Assembly (NCBI GenBank): GCA_031263105.1
Contig: JAISGJ010000144.1
Coordinates: 1 to 37,614 of the forward strand
Direction of reading: 5' to 3'
From: Coriobacteriales bacterium
Lineage (GTDB): Bacteria; Actinomycetota; Coriobacteriia; Coriobacteriales; UBA8131
Length of the DNA stretch: 37,614 bases
Positions 18,313 to 26,872 of the stretch are shown in pieces. Position 1 is the stretch's first letter. The number at the start of each line of letters is the position of its first letter. Under the pieces are notes generated by a model. That model was not told where the DNA came from. It saw only the letters and a list, made by a program, of their open reading frames with translations, and did not search any database. A program made the translations under genes and the position numbers.

Positions 18313-20775
18313 TTAACCCTCTTTCCCATCCCAGACAACAACTTCCGCTCTGTTGTCCATAAACGATGCGTTAACGCCTGCAGGATCAAAGTCCCATGTC
18401 AATAGCTGACTCCAGCCACCCGCCTTGTGCTCGAAGCTGTTCCAACCTTTTGGATAGACCGCTATACCCTGCCTGATGCCTTCAGAATAATTTGCCTTAG
18501 CAACCGCAAAGCCTCGATCGTTGTAGACTTTTACATAGTCGCCATCCTGAATGCCTCGTACTGTGGCGTCCGACGGATTGAGTTTAATGATCGGTTCAGG
18601 TGATATCTCCAAGGTCCATGGCTGAAGAAACCCATTGCAATGCCAGCGCGTACGTAGTCGTTCGGACTGAAGAACAAGAGGGTACTTCTCTGCAAGCGGT
18701 GAGTTTCTGCCTACTTCGGCTGGTTCAAAATAATGCGGAAGACGCTCGCGCTCCATATCAATATCTTGGCCGTAGTCGATGCGCGGAGTAGGCTGATCAA
18801 CGTAAAACTCCATCCTCTTGGTAGACGTGCCGAACTCGCCATTCTCTGCTGCTATATAGGGAGTAGTCCCATAGAGTATCTGTTTTTCTTTCTTCAGCCG
18901 ATCATAGGTGATATTCAGTGTCTGGGCCAGAGGGGACTCATCAATATGCTGCCTAAAGAACTCTTCCATAGTTATTTCGAAATGTTCTCCTACACCCATA
19001 CCCTTTGCGATGAGCTTGACGATTTCGGCATCCGATTTCGCTTCGTAGAGAGGCTCAACTGCCTTTTCCATGATGTCCATTCCTGGATAGCTTGTTAGAC
19101 TCACGACATCATCAACTTCATAACAATGCGTAACAGGTAATACGAGGTCCGCATAACGGGCTGTCTCGGTCATCTGTATTTCGACAACCGAGATAAATTC
19201 AATTTTGTCAAAGACTTCGGTTTTCAGCTTGTTTGTGTCGGGAAGTCCCGTAAACGGGTTTGCAAAAGTGACGTGGAGTGATTTGATGGGGAACGGCTTT
19301 CCTGCATAGGTTCCCGTTTCGAGGATATTGGGCAGCTCAAGTACCGGTACTGTGGTTTTAAAGGTCATGGACGGGAATTGAACGGCAAAGTTTCCTGGGA
19401 ATACGAATGCCGGTGGTGTGGTGTTGGCTCCATGCTTCGCCGCATTACCCGTTAAAGCTGCGAGACATATCTGCGCATGTCCTTGATGGACGCCATTTAC
19501 ATGTGCTTGGGGCCCATACTGGGTGTAGTTCCAAATTGGCCCATTTGCTGCAATCTCACCTAATTCGATAATATCTTCGGGTTTGAGCCCGGAAATCTCA
19601 GCAGCTTTCTCAGGAGGATACGTATTGACTTCATCAACAAGGTGGTCGAATGCGGTTCGGCATTTAAGGCCACCGGCTGTGAAAGTGCCGCTCAGGGCAG
19701 GGTTGACAGATTCTCCAAGAGCCATCGGGCTTTCAGTCGCCTTGTCCCAAACTGCGGGCGGATCAAGAACCTCTGGCTTACCGGTAGTCGCACTTATCGG
19801 ACCCTCGATTGGCGGTATTCCACAATCGCTCATTCGCAGATAACAGCCCTTTTGTGGATGTATGAGCACTGGAGCAACAGTATGTGTGAGTAAAAATTCT
19901 TCGTCGTGTAGATTATTGTTAACAATGTAATTCATCATGCCCATGAGTATTGCCACATCTGTTCCAGGATAGGGTGCGTACCAAATGTCGCATTTTGCCA
20001 CTGTGCTATTAAAGTTTGGATTAACACAGATGAGCTTTACGCCCTGCTCAATGGCATCGGCAACGTATCTCCAATTCGGGAAGTCTGCGTCGGCAACATT
20101 GGCACCCCAGACGATGATTGCCTTGGAGTTGACAATATCGGCCGTCTCACTGCTTACGTATGAACTCCCGCCAACAGTTCTCTGGAAGGCGTAAATAAGT
20201 GCCATATCTGTACAGTATTCAGCGTCAGTCATTTGAAGAACATTGGCCAAGCGCGGCATCATTCCCAACAGCCCGTTATACGTGGTTGCGTTCCCTGAAC
20301 CGTGGTACCAGCAAAGCGCCGTGTTTCCATACTCCTCCGCATAAGACTTCCACTTCTCGACGAGCAGTGAGATCGCTTCATCCCAACTGATACGCTCCCA
20401 CTCACCGGCGCCACGCTCTGAGCCATCCCTGCGCTTCATGGGATATTTAATCCTTTCGGGACTGTATAGCCGCTGCATCTGCGCTCGTCCACGAAGACAC
20501 ATGCGTGCACCATGCAAATCACCACCCTCCAACGGACGAGCCATTACCACATGCCCATCTCGAACTACAACTTCATATTGACATTGGACACAAGTCCACC
20601 CGCACTTCTGCCGTACAACTTTTTCCTCGACGTCAGTCATTTTTTTATTGTCACTGCCTGTGCAGCCGAGCGCACTCCCCAAAGCCGCTGTCCCAGCTAT
20701 TGCAGCGGTTGTTTTCAGGAAGCTTCTTCGAGTTAAACCCGGTGATTTCTCCACGTTCTCCACTAATCCTGACAT
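18313..20775 (-). CDS. Molybdopterin-dependent oxidoreductase catalytic subunit, predicted Tat lipoprotein; operon 3
   Basis: LTRRSFLK Tat motif with ALGC lipobox; CGWTCVQC...MCLRG; RIKYPMKR, WERISWDEA, WGANVAD, PGTDVA, ADLVLP, LNPSDA. Confidence 0.95.
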   Translation of the reverse strand: MSGLVENVEKSPGLTRRSFLKTTAAIAGTAALGSALGCTGSDNKKMTDVEEKVVRQKCGWTCVQCQYEVVVRDGHVVMARPLEGGDLHGARMCLRGRAQMQRLYSPERIKYPMKRRDGSERGAGEWERISWDEAISLLVEKWKSYAEEYGNTALCWYHGSGNATTYNGLLGMMPRLANVLQMTDAEYCTDMALIYAFQRTVGGSSYVSSETADIVNSKAIIVWGANVADADFPNWRYVADAIEQGVKLICVNPNFNSTVAKCDIWYAPYPGTDVAILMGMMNYIVNNNLHDEEFLLTHTVAPVLIHPQKGCYLRMSDCGIPPIEGPISATTGKPEVLDPPAVWDKATESPMALGESVNPALSGTFTAGGLKCRTAFDHLVDEVNTYPPEKAAEISGLKPEDIIELGEIAANGPIWNYTQYGPQAHVNGVHQGHAQICLAALTGNAAKHGANTTPPAFVFPGNFAVQFPSMTFKTTVPVLELPNILETGTYAGKPFPIKSLHVTFANPFTGLPDTNKLKTEVFDKIEFISVVEIQMTETARYADLVLPVTHCYEVDDVVSLTSYPGMDIMEKAVEPLYEAKSDAEIVKLIAKGMGVGEHFEITMEEFFRQHIDESPLAQTLNITYDRLKKEKQILYGTTPYIAAENGEFGTSTKRMEFYVDQPTPRIDYGQDIDMERERLPHYFEPAEVGRNSPLAEKYPLVLQSERLRTRWHCNGFLQPWTLEISPEPIIKLNPSDATVRGIQDGDYVKVYNDRGFAVAKANYSEGIRQGIAVYPKGWNSFEHKAGGWSQLLTWDFDPAGVNASFMDNRAEVVVWDGKEG

Positions 20776-20892
20776 TGCTCCTCCATTCATTCTCCAATCC
20801 AGAATGATGCGCTGAAACCCTCAATATCTGCCATGACAATGATGGCTCGGGGTTTTCGAGGGTTTCAAATTAGTCAGAATCGGCCGATTCTC

Positions 20893-20954
20893 TGTCCTAT
20901 TCTGTCATAGTAGTTGGGTGGGTGTCAAGAGGATTCATATGACAAACTATGACA
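20893..20954 (-). promoter_or_regulatory. Operon 3 promoter bracketed by four TGTCAT/ATGACA-type operator half-sites
   Basis: TTGACA-18-CAGAAT on the minus strand (20928-20899); TGTCCTAT-n2-TGTCATAG and ATATGACA-n2-CTATGACA. Confidence 0.65.
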
Positions 20955-21002
20955 GCATACTCCTATGTTTAAGATAATTCTGAACACAAAGAGTAAATTG
21001 CA

Positions 21003-21031
21003 TTGACAGATGTATGCTATACACATACAGT
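21003..21031 (+). promoter_or_regulatory. Sigma70 promoter of the toxin-antitoxin locus with palindromic operator
   Basis: TTGACA-17-TACAGT; TGTATG-N7-CATACA overlaps the spacer and -10. Confidence 0.75.
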
Positions 21032-21058
21032 GGTATTTGTTTAATGAAAGGAGTTGCG

Positions 21059-21340
21059 ATGAGTAACACAGCTTTAGTGCAGGCCCGCGTTGAGCCTGAT
21101 ATAAGGGATGCCGTTGACAGCATCCTTGCTGAGAACGGCTTAGACATACCCACTGCCATCCGCATCTATTTCGCAAAGATACTGCGCGTCGGCGGCATCC
21201 CCTTCGAGGTGCGCACCTATAATGCCGAGACCATAGCCGCGATGGGTGAGGCGAACCGCATCTCCCGCGACCCCAACGCGAAGTCCTACGCCAGCTTCGC
21301 CGAACTGGTGGCCGACTTGGACTCCGACGACAATGAGTGA
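21059..21340 (+). CDS. dinJ: RelB/DinJ family antitoxin
   Basis: GAAAGGAG RBS; VQARVEPDIRDAVDSILAENGLDIPTAIRIYFAKILRVGGIPFEV...NAETIAAM...KSYASFAEL. Confidence 0.9.
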   Translation: MSNTALVQARVEPDIRDAVDSILAENGLDIPTAIRIYFAKILRVGGIPFEVRTYNAETIAAMGEANRISRDPNAKSYASFAELVADLDSDDNE

Positions 21341-21458
21341 GGGATACCGGGTCAAGCGTACCAAGTCGTTTAAGAAAGATTTGAAACGCATTATCAAACA
21401 GGAATTTGAGGTTATCCATCCCCTTTATCAGCAGCGCTATCCGCAAAGCCGTCGCTGA
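21333..21458 (+). pseudogene. yafQ: Truncated YafQ/RelE-family toxin
   Basis: ATG overlaps the antitoxin end; YRVKRTKSFKKDLKRIIKQ is a YafQ-like N-terminus; similarity is lost near 21410 where the convergent SPFH gene ends; 41 aa only. Confidence 0.75.
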
Positions 21459-22371
21459 AGGCGCTCGGTATCACAACGGTGCCGCCTGATCTTCTCACCG
21501 ACTCATAGGCGAGGTGCATGGTGCGGAGTTTCATGGCATTCTCGTTATTCTCATAGGCGACTGAGGCATCGGCAAACATTTCAGAGATGTCCTTCTCTAT
21601 TTCAGCCAAGGCTAGGCGGGCGTTCTTCTCGCGTTCCACAGCGGCTTCAAAAGACATCGCCTCTTGCAGTTCCTTCGGAATGACGATGTCACGGATTTCG
21701 ACGTCGATGATGGCTATTCCCCATGCTGAAAGCTTTTCTTCTATCACAGCTTTCAGGCTTTCATCGATCTGGTCGCGTCGGGACACGACCTCCGCGACAG
21801 TGGTACGGCCAATGGCATCCCGCATGGTTGTTTGAGCCACCCAGGCGACAGCGGACGCGTAGTCTTCGACCTCCGTACACGCTTTCTTTGTGTTATAGAC
21901 AACCCAAAACAACACCGCGTCCACGTTGAGCGGCACCAGATCAGAGGTCAGAGTCTCCTCGGCCCCAAAATAGGTGGCCATGACGCGCTGGTCGATCCAC
22001 AGGGGCTTATACTCAAGTATCGGGATGGTCAGAACCAGCCCCGGCCCGGCGACGCGATTGAAGTGCCCCAGCCTGAGCACGACCGCCCGTTCCCACTCCT
22101 GCACGATGCTGACCGATGAGGACGCCAGATACGCAAGGACAAGGCTCACCAGAATCACAACGATGCCGATGCCGCCGACGAACAGCTCTGCAACGACCAA
22201 GGCAAGCGCGAAAACGACAACGAACACGGCGACCGTGAAGACAGTCGCCCCGTTACGCGACGCCATCCTCCGATTGGCATCGAAGCGATACCCGTCAGAG
22301 GTCAGGCTAGAGCCGGAAGATGCCGGCAGCCGCTCACTGCTGCTCCTCGGGGCGGTGCTCCTTCTCTTCAT
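21412..22371 (-). CDS. SPFH/band-7 (stomatin-like) membrane protein
   Basis: EWERAVVLRLG, GPGLVLTIP, ETLTSDLVPLNVDAV, AQTTMRDAIG, WGIAIIDVEIRDI, AEIEK. Confidence 0.92.
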   Translation of the reverse strand: MKRRSTAPRSSSERLPASSGSSLTSDGYRFDANRRMASRNGATVFTVAVFVVVFALALVVAELFVGGIGIVVILVSLVLAYLASSSVSIVQEWERAVVLRLGHFNRVAGPGLVLTIPILEYKPLWIDQRVMATYFGAEETLTSDLVPLNVDAVLFWVVYNTKKACTEVEDYASAVAWVAQTTMRDAIGRTTVAEVVSRRDQIDESLKAVIEEKLSAWGIAIIDVEIRDIVIPKELQEAMSFEAAVEREKNARLALAEIEKDISEMFADASVAYENNENAMKLRTMHLAYESVRRSGGTVVIPSAFSDGFADSAADKGDG

Positions 22372-22393
22372 GAACGCTCCTCTCGAACGACTG

Positions 22394-22810
22394 TCACCGA
22401 TCTTCCCTCTCGGCTTTCAGGGCTTTGAGCGTCTTGTTGAACTGGGCCTCGACGCTCTCCAGCGTCATGCCCAGTTCCTGACAGCGCTTGAAGTACTCCT
22501 TCGTCACTATCTCCACGGTGGTCTCGATGCTGACGCCGGGCTTATCGCTCACGTCGCCCACAAAGGCGCCTTGCCTGGGCTTGGACTCGATGTAGCCATC
22601 CTGCTCCAGGCTGACATAGACCTTGCTCACCGTGTTGTAGTTAACCTCGATGTCCGCCGCAAGGCCGCGAACAGTGGGCAGTTGATCCCCTGACAGATAA
22701 TGCCCGGATGTTATCAGGTAGATGAAGCGGTTCTTGAGCTGCAGCCAGAGGGGGATGCTGCTTTTCTCATCGACCTTGAAGAGGGTCGAGTTGCTGAGAG
22801 TGCTAGTCAT
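22394..22810 (-). CDS. GntR family regulator (short, YtrA-like)
   Basis: IPLWLQLKNRFIYLITSGHYLSGDQLPTVRGLAADIEVNYNTVSKVYVSLEQDGYIESKPRQGAFV; 138 aa. Confidence 0.92.
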   Translation of the reverse strand: MTSTLSNSTLFKVDEKSSIPLWLQLKNRFIYLITSGHYLSGDQLPTVRGLAADIEVNYNTVSKVYVSLEQDGYIESKPRQGAFVGDVSDKPGVSIETTVEIVTKEYFKRCQELGMTLESVEAQFNKTLKALKAEREDR

Positions 22811-23780
22811 GGGTCGTCATTTCCCTTGAACGAAGCTCGCTGTTCTGCTCTTCGCTGGTCGCATAGCCTTCAATCAGACTCCCCTGCGTTCCCGCTTCGA
22901 CAAACCCGTATCGCAGACTGAAGGCACCGACCAGTATCAGGATCGCTGCGAGTGCCAGACGGGTCTGCGCGAAGCGACGGTCGCCCTTGACGAACAGCAG
23001 TTCCACCGCCAAGGGGAGCAGCATTCCGCACACCGCAAAACCAAGCCACCAAACCAAGGCCTCCTGTCCGAAGAGCAGAGTGTGCAGGGATTCCTGCGTG
23101 GCGGCACTCTCCGCAAGGCTTGAGAGCCAGATCAGCACGAAAGCGCATATGACCTCCAGAAGAATCAGCAGCACATCAGCCAGAACGAGCCTCTTCAGCA
23201 CGGCTGCACGCCATTCGCCTCTCTCAGAAAAGAACCCCACGACGGCCAGTACGGCGATACCGGACGAGAGCGAAGAAAGGACGAAGGCGACCGGCAACAG
23301 GGGGTTGTCCCAGAAATGCACCGCCTTCATGCTGAAGAGCAGAAGCCCCGTATAGAGCATGGCAGCAAAGGCGACGCAGGGCGTTATAACCTCTATGGCC
23401 CGTACAAACACCGTGCCGATCGACGGCAGATAAAGCAGCCGAGGAAGAACGAGCAGAAAGCCCAGAACGGCCAAAAGCCCTAGGACGTAGGCACCGAACG
23501 TAAGGATGGACAGGCTCGGATTGAAAAAGAGGCTCAACACCCTGTCCTGGCGCCCGAGATCAAGGAGCAGACAGACGATTCCCAACAGCAGCAAGACCTC
23601 GCCTACGATGAACCCGGCATTCAAGAACCGCTCGCCCTGCTTTTGCGCCGCTGTCGAACGCCCGGCTGCACCGCCGAAAACTTGTTTCAAAGAGAACAGG
23701 TCGATCAGCGAGCACACCAGAAGAGCCCCGGCGCCGGAGCCGCCGAGAAACAAATAGCATATGGACAATACGTCAAACAT
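22803..23780 (-). CDS. Divergent NrfD/PsrC-like membrane protein
   Basis: YLFLGGSGAG, CLLLDLGR.DR, SILTFGA, YTGLLL, W.NPLLPVAFVLSSLSSG, WWLGF, LRY; about 8 TM helices. Confidence 0.85.
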   Translation of the reverse strand: MFDVLSICYLFLGGSGAGALLVCSLIDLFSLKQVFGGAAGRSTAAQKQGERFLNAGFIVGEVLLLLGIVCLLLDLGRQDRVLSLFFNPSLSILTFGAYVLGLLAVLGFLLVLPRLLYLPSIGTVFVRAIEVITPCVAFAAMLYTGLLLFSMKAVHFWDNPLLPVAFVLSSLSSGIAVLAVVGFFSERGEWRAAVLKRLVLADVLLILLEVICAFVLIWLSSLAESAATQESLHTLLFGQEALVWWLGFAVCGMLLPLAVELLFVKGDRRFAQTRLALAAILILVGAFSLRYGFVEAGTQGSLIEGYATSEEQNSELRSREMTTHD

Positions 23781-23847
23781 CTGTCCTTCCGCAACTCCCG
23801 GCGTGCCTGCTCGTTCCCTGTCCCGGGCCTCAGATACCGTGGCTTGC

Positions 23848-23881
23848 TGTCATATCCCATACTATATGACAAAGTATGATA
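23848..23881 (-). promoter_or_regulatory. Operator upstream of the nrfD-like/gntR/SPFH operon
   Basis: TGTCATAT-N8-ATATGACA-n2-GTATGATA; 23864-23881 matches 20937-20954 at 16/18. Confidence 0.65.
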
Positions 23882-23899
23882 CGTCACTCTTTACTTTTC

Positions 23900-24058
23900 C
23901 GTCCACACCCCACTGTCATTCCGAGCCTGTCGAGGAATCTTCGACCGCGCCAGCGGTCGACCGCAGGCAGAGGCGTTTCTCGGCCTGCGGTTGGACACTG
24001 CGTGTCCAAGGATTCCTCGACAGGCTCGGAATGAAAGTGGGGTGTGGACTGCTGTAAT
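23900..24058. repeat. Palindromic MITE/REPIN-like element, copy 3
   Basis: GTCCACACCCCACTGTCATTCCGAGCCTGTCGAGGAATC and inverted counterpart; flanked by CTCTTTACTTTTC direct repeats (23887-23899, 24059-24071). Confidence 0.9.
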
Positions 24059-24061
24059 CTC

Positions 24062-24123
24062 TTTACTTTTCTCGGCGACCTGTGTACTATGTGGGACAAC
24101 GGAAGAGTTAGTGATTTCTAATT
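24062..24123 (+). promoter_or_regulatory. Promoter and putative metal-repressor (DtxR/MntR-like) box of the fez-like operon
   Basis: TTTACT-17-TACTAT (24062-24090); downstream palindrome AGTTAG-TGATTT-CTAATT (24106-24123). Confidence 0.55.
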
Positions 24124-24213
24124 TTGTGGGCCCGGCGGAGGGGAGACCGGACTTGCGAGAGCCGCTGCTCTGCCAGAACTGCTGTCGTAACGGGATCGGG
24201 AAAGGAGCACCAC

Positions 24214-24552
24214 ATGGCTTTCAGCAAGGAGATAGGGCTTATCGCGGCCGGGTTCGCGCTCGGTACCATCGGCGTCAAGGCGGCGACCTCCGCCACCGCC
24301 AAGAAGCTCTGCGTGCAGGCGGTGTCCAAGGGCCTGCAGGCAAGGGCCGCAGGGCAGGACATCATAGAGCAGGCGAAGAGCAACGTCGACGACATCGTCG
24401 CCGAGGCGAGCTACCTGAACCAGCAGGAGGCGGCGGGCGCCACGGGGGCGGCAGGAGCGGAGGCGGCCCAAGAGGCCCCTGCGGGCGCAGGCGCAGAGAG
24501 CACCGTCAGGGCCGCACGCGGCACCGGCAGGAAGCGCACGAAGAAGAGCTAG
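24214..24552 (+). CDS. Small GxxxG membrane-associated partner of the P1B ATPase (FezA-like/DUF6110-like)
   Basis: GAAAGGAG RBS; IGLIAAGFALGTIGV hydrophobic GxxxG segment, then an amphipathic helix ending DDIVAEA. Confidence 0.75.
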   Translation: MAFSKEIGLIAAGFALGTIGVKAATSATAKKLCVQAVSKGLQARAAGQDIIEQAKSNVDDIVAEASYLNQQEAAGATGAAGAEAAQEAPAGAGAESTVRAARGTGRKRTKKS

Positions 24553-24681
24553 GGAGACGACAACCAGTCATGGCACACCGTCTTCCGACACACAGGCATT
24601 GACCGTCGTCTCCTCAAGAAAGCAGCAACCCATGCCCACATGCCGTCTCCCGAGCCCGAAGGAAGGGTCGGTCGCCCCCTC

Positions 24682-26787
24682 ATGCGCCACACCGTAGAAC
24701 ATCGCATACCCGGTCGCCTCCGCGTGTCGCTCCACGGGCGCATCCCTGCGCCTGACGCCTACGCGCTCTCCGCCATCGTCGAGCAGTGGGAGGGCGTGCG
24801 CAGCCTCACCCTCTATCCGCGCACAGGCTCCCTCGCCATCGTCTACGACCCCGCCCTGCCGGATGCCGAACAGCGGCTGCTCGACCGCCTGGGGCGGCTT
24901 GCCGCAGCGGACGTAGCACAGCGTCGCCCCAGCGAGGCCCAGCTCCGGGCGCAGCCCCACCGCTTCGACCGCTCGCTCTCGGAGCAGATCGCCTGGCTCG
25001 TGCTGCGCCGCCTGGCCGCCAGGCTCCTGCTGCCGGCGCCGCTGCGGCTCGTCTACCAGATAGGCTGCTCGCTGGCCTTCGTCGCCGAGGCCGCACGCTC
25101 GCTCGCGCAGGCCCGCGTGGACGTGCCCGTGCTCGACGCGGCGGCCATCGCCGCCTCGCTCGTGCAGGGCAAAGGGGACGACGCAGCCTCGACCATGTTC
25201 CTTTTGACCCTCGGCGAGCTCATGGAGGAGCACGCGCGCGACCGCACCCAGCTCGAGCTCATCAACTCCCTCCTCGAGGTGCCGGAGCGGGTCTGGCTGC
25301 AAAGGCCGAAGAGGGCCGGCGGGGACGTCCTCGTCGAAGCCGGCGCACTGACAGTCGGCGACCGCATCGTCGTGCGCACCGGCTCGCCCGTCCCTGTGGA
25401 CGGCGCGGTCGTCTGCGGCCGCGCGCTCGTCAACCAGAACTCGCTGACGGGCGAGCCCCTCGCCATCGAGCGCAGCACGGGAGACAGCGTCTTCGCAGGC
25501 ACAGTGGTCGAGGAAGGGGAGCTCGTCATCGAGGTCACGTCCACCGTCGGCAACACCCGGCTCAGGCAGGTGGTGTCGCTCGTGGAGCAGTCCGAGGCGT
25601 ATCGCTCGAAGGGTCAGATACGGCTCGAGGACCTCGCCAACAGGTTCGTGCCCTACAACTTCCTCTACGCGGGCCTGCTCCTGCTGCTGACCCGCTCGCT
25701 CGCACGCGCCTCGACGGCCCTCATGGTCGACTACTCCTGCGCACTGAAGCTGACCGGCTCCATCTCGTCGCTTGCGGCACTGCGCGAGGCGGCGCGGGCG
25801 GGCATCACCGTCAAAGGGGCACGCAGCCTGGAGGAGCTTGCGCATGCCGACACGCTCGTGTTCGACAAGACGGGAACCCTGACCCAGACCACCCCGCAGG
25901 TGGCGGGCGTGATCGCCTTCGGGGCATGGGAGCAGCGCGAGGTCCTGCGCCTTGCGGCCTGCCTCGAGGAGCACTTCCCCCACCCGGTCGCCCGGGCCGT
26001 CGTCAACGAGGCGACCGCCCAAGGCCTCAACCATCGCGAGAAGCACGCGGCGGTCAACTACCTCGTCGCCCACGGCATCGCCTCGACGCTCGACGGCAAG
26101 CGCGTCATCATCGGCAGCGGGCACTTCGTCTTCGAGGACGAGGGTGTGCCCTACCCTGCCGCCAAGCGCCGCACGGTCGAGAGGCGGGCCGCCCATGGCT
26201 CCCCGCTCTTCCTCGCGGTCGATGGGGAGCTGGTCGGCGCCATCTGTATCAGCGACCCGCTCAAACCGGAGGTCGCCGCCACCGTCGCCGCGCTCCGGGC
26301 ACAGGGCTTCAGGCGTATCGTCATGCTCACGGGCGACAACGCCGCCACGGCCGCCCACATCGCCCGCGAGGCGGGCATCGAACAGTTCGAGGCCGACCTG
26401 CTCCCCGAGCAGAAGCATGCCTTCCTCGAGGGACTCCGCGCAGGCGGCGCCCGCGTGGTAATGGTGGGGGACGGCGTGAACGACTCGCCGGCGCTCAGCT
26501 GCGCCGACGTGGGAATCGCGATGGGCAACGGGGCCGCCATAGCACGCGAGGTCGCGAACATCACGCTGAGCAGCGGGCAGCTCGAGGACCTCGTGAGGCT
26601 CAGGCGCCTGGGCTGCGACCTCGACCGGCGCATGCGCCGCTCGTTTCGCTGGACCATGCTGCTCAACACGGCCCTCCTCGCCCTCGGCGGCCTGGGGCTT
26701 CTCCAGGCAGGCACCTCGTCTTTGATCCACAACGGCTCGACCGTGCTGCTCTGTGCGAACAGTGCCCGCTCGTATCAGATGGCCTGA
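24682..26787 (+). CDS. Heavy-metal P1B-type ATPase, P1B-6/FezB-like
   Basis: N-terminal HRIPGRLRV; SLTGE; DYSCALKL; DKTGTLT; HP; TGDN; GDGVNDSPAL; C-terminal HNGST. Confidence 0.9.
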   Translation: MRHTVEHRIPGRLRVSLHGRIPAPDAYALSAIVEQWEGVRSLTLYPRTGSLAIVYDPALPDAEQRLLDRLGRLAAADVAQRRPSEAQLRAQPHRFDRSLSEQIAWLVLRRLAARLLLPAPLRLVYQIGCSLAFVAEAARSLAQARVDVPVLDAAAIAASLVQGKGDDAASTMFLLTLGELMEEHARDRTQLELINSLLEVPERVWLQRPKRAGGDVLVEAGALTVGDRIVVRTGSPVPVDGAVVCGRALVNQNSLTGEPLAIERSTGDSVFAGTVVEEGELVIEVTSTVGNTRLRQVVSLVEQSEAYRSKGQIRLEDLANRFVPYNFLYAGLLLLLTRSLARASTALMVDYSCALKLTGSISSLAALREAARAGITVKGARSLEELAHADTLVFDKTGTLTQTTPQVAGVIAFGAWEQREVLRLAACLEEHFPHPVARAVVNEATAQGLNHREKHAAVNYLVAHGIASTLDGKRVIIGSGHFVFEDEGVPYPAAKRRTVERRAAHGSPLFLAVDGELVGAICISDPLKPEVAATVAALRAQGFRRIVMLTGDNAATAAHIAREAGIEQFEADLLPEQKHAFLEGLRAGGARVVMVGDGVNDSPALSCADVGIAMGNGAAIAREVANITLSSGQLEDLVRLRRLGCDLDRRMRRSFRWTMLLNTALLALGGLGLLQAGTSSLIHNGSTVLLCANSARSYQMA

Positions 26788-26872
26788 GGGCGCTCCGCGC
26801 AGGGCGCACCAAGGAAATGCCGATCGGTTGGCACCGTGCGGGCGCTGCGGGTGCCGCAGCGCGCCGTGCCCC

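Noticed and set aside
1375..20775. Selenocysteine read-through in the molybdoenzymes
   Set aside because: All three ORFs are full length with no internal TGA.
20790..20880. Possible Moco/Wco riboswitch in the operon 3 leader (TGAAACCCTC...GAGGGTTTCA hairpin, 20813-20867)
   Set aside because: A hairpin exists, but I could not find the conserved Moco-motif elements; an Rfam search would be needed.
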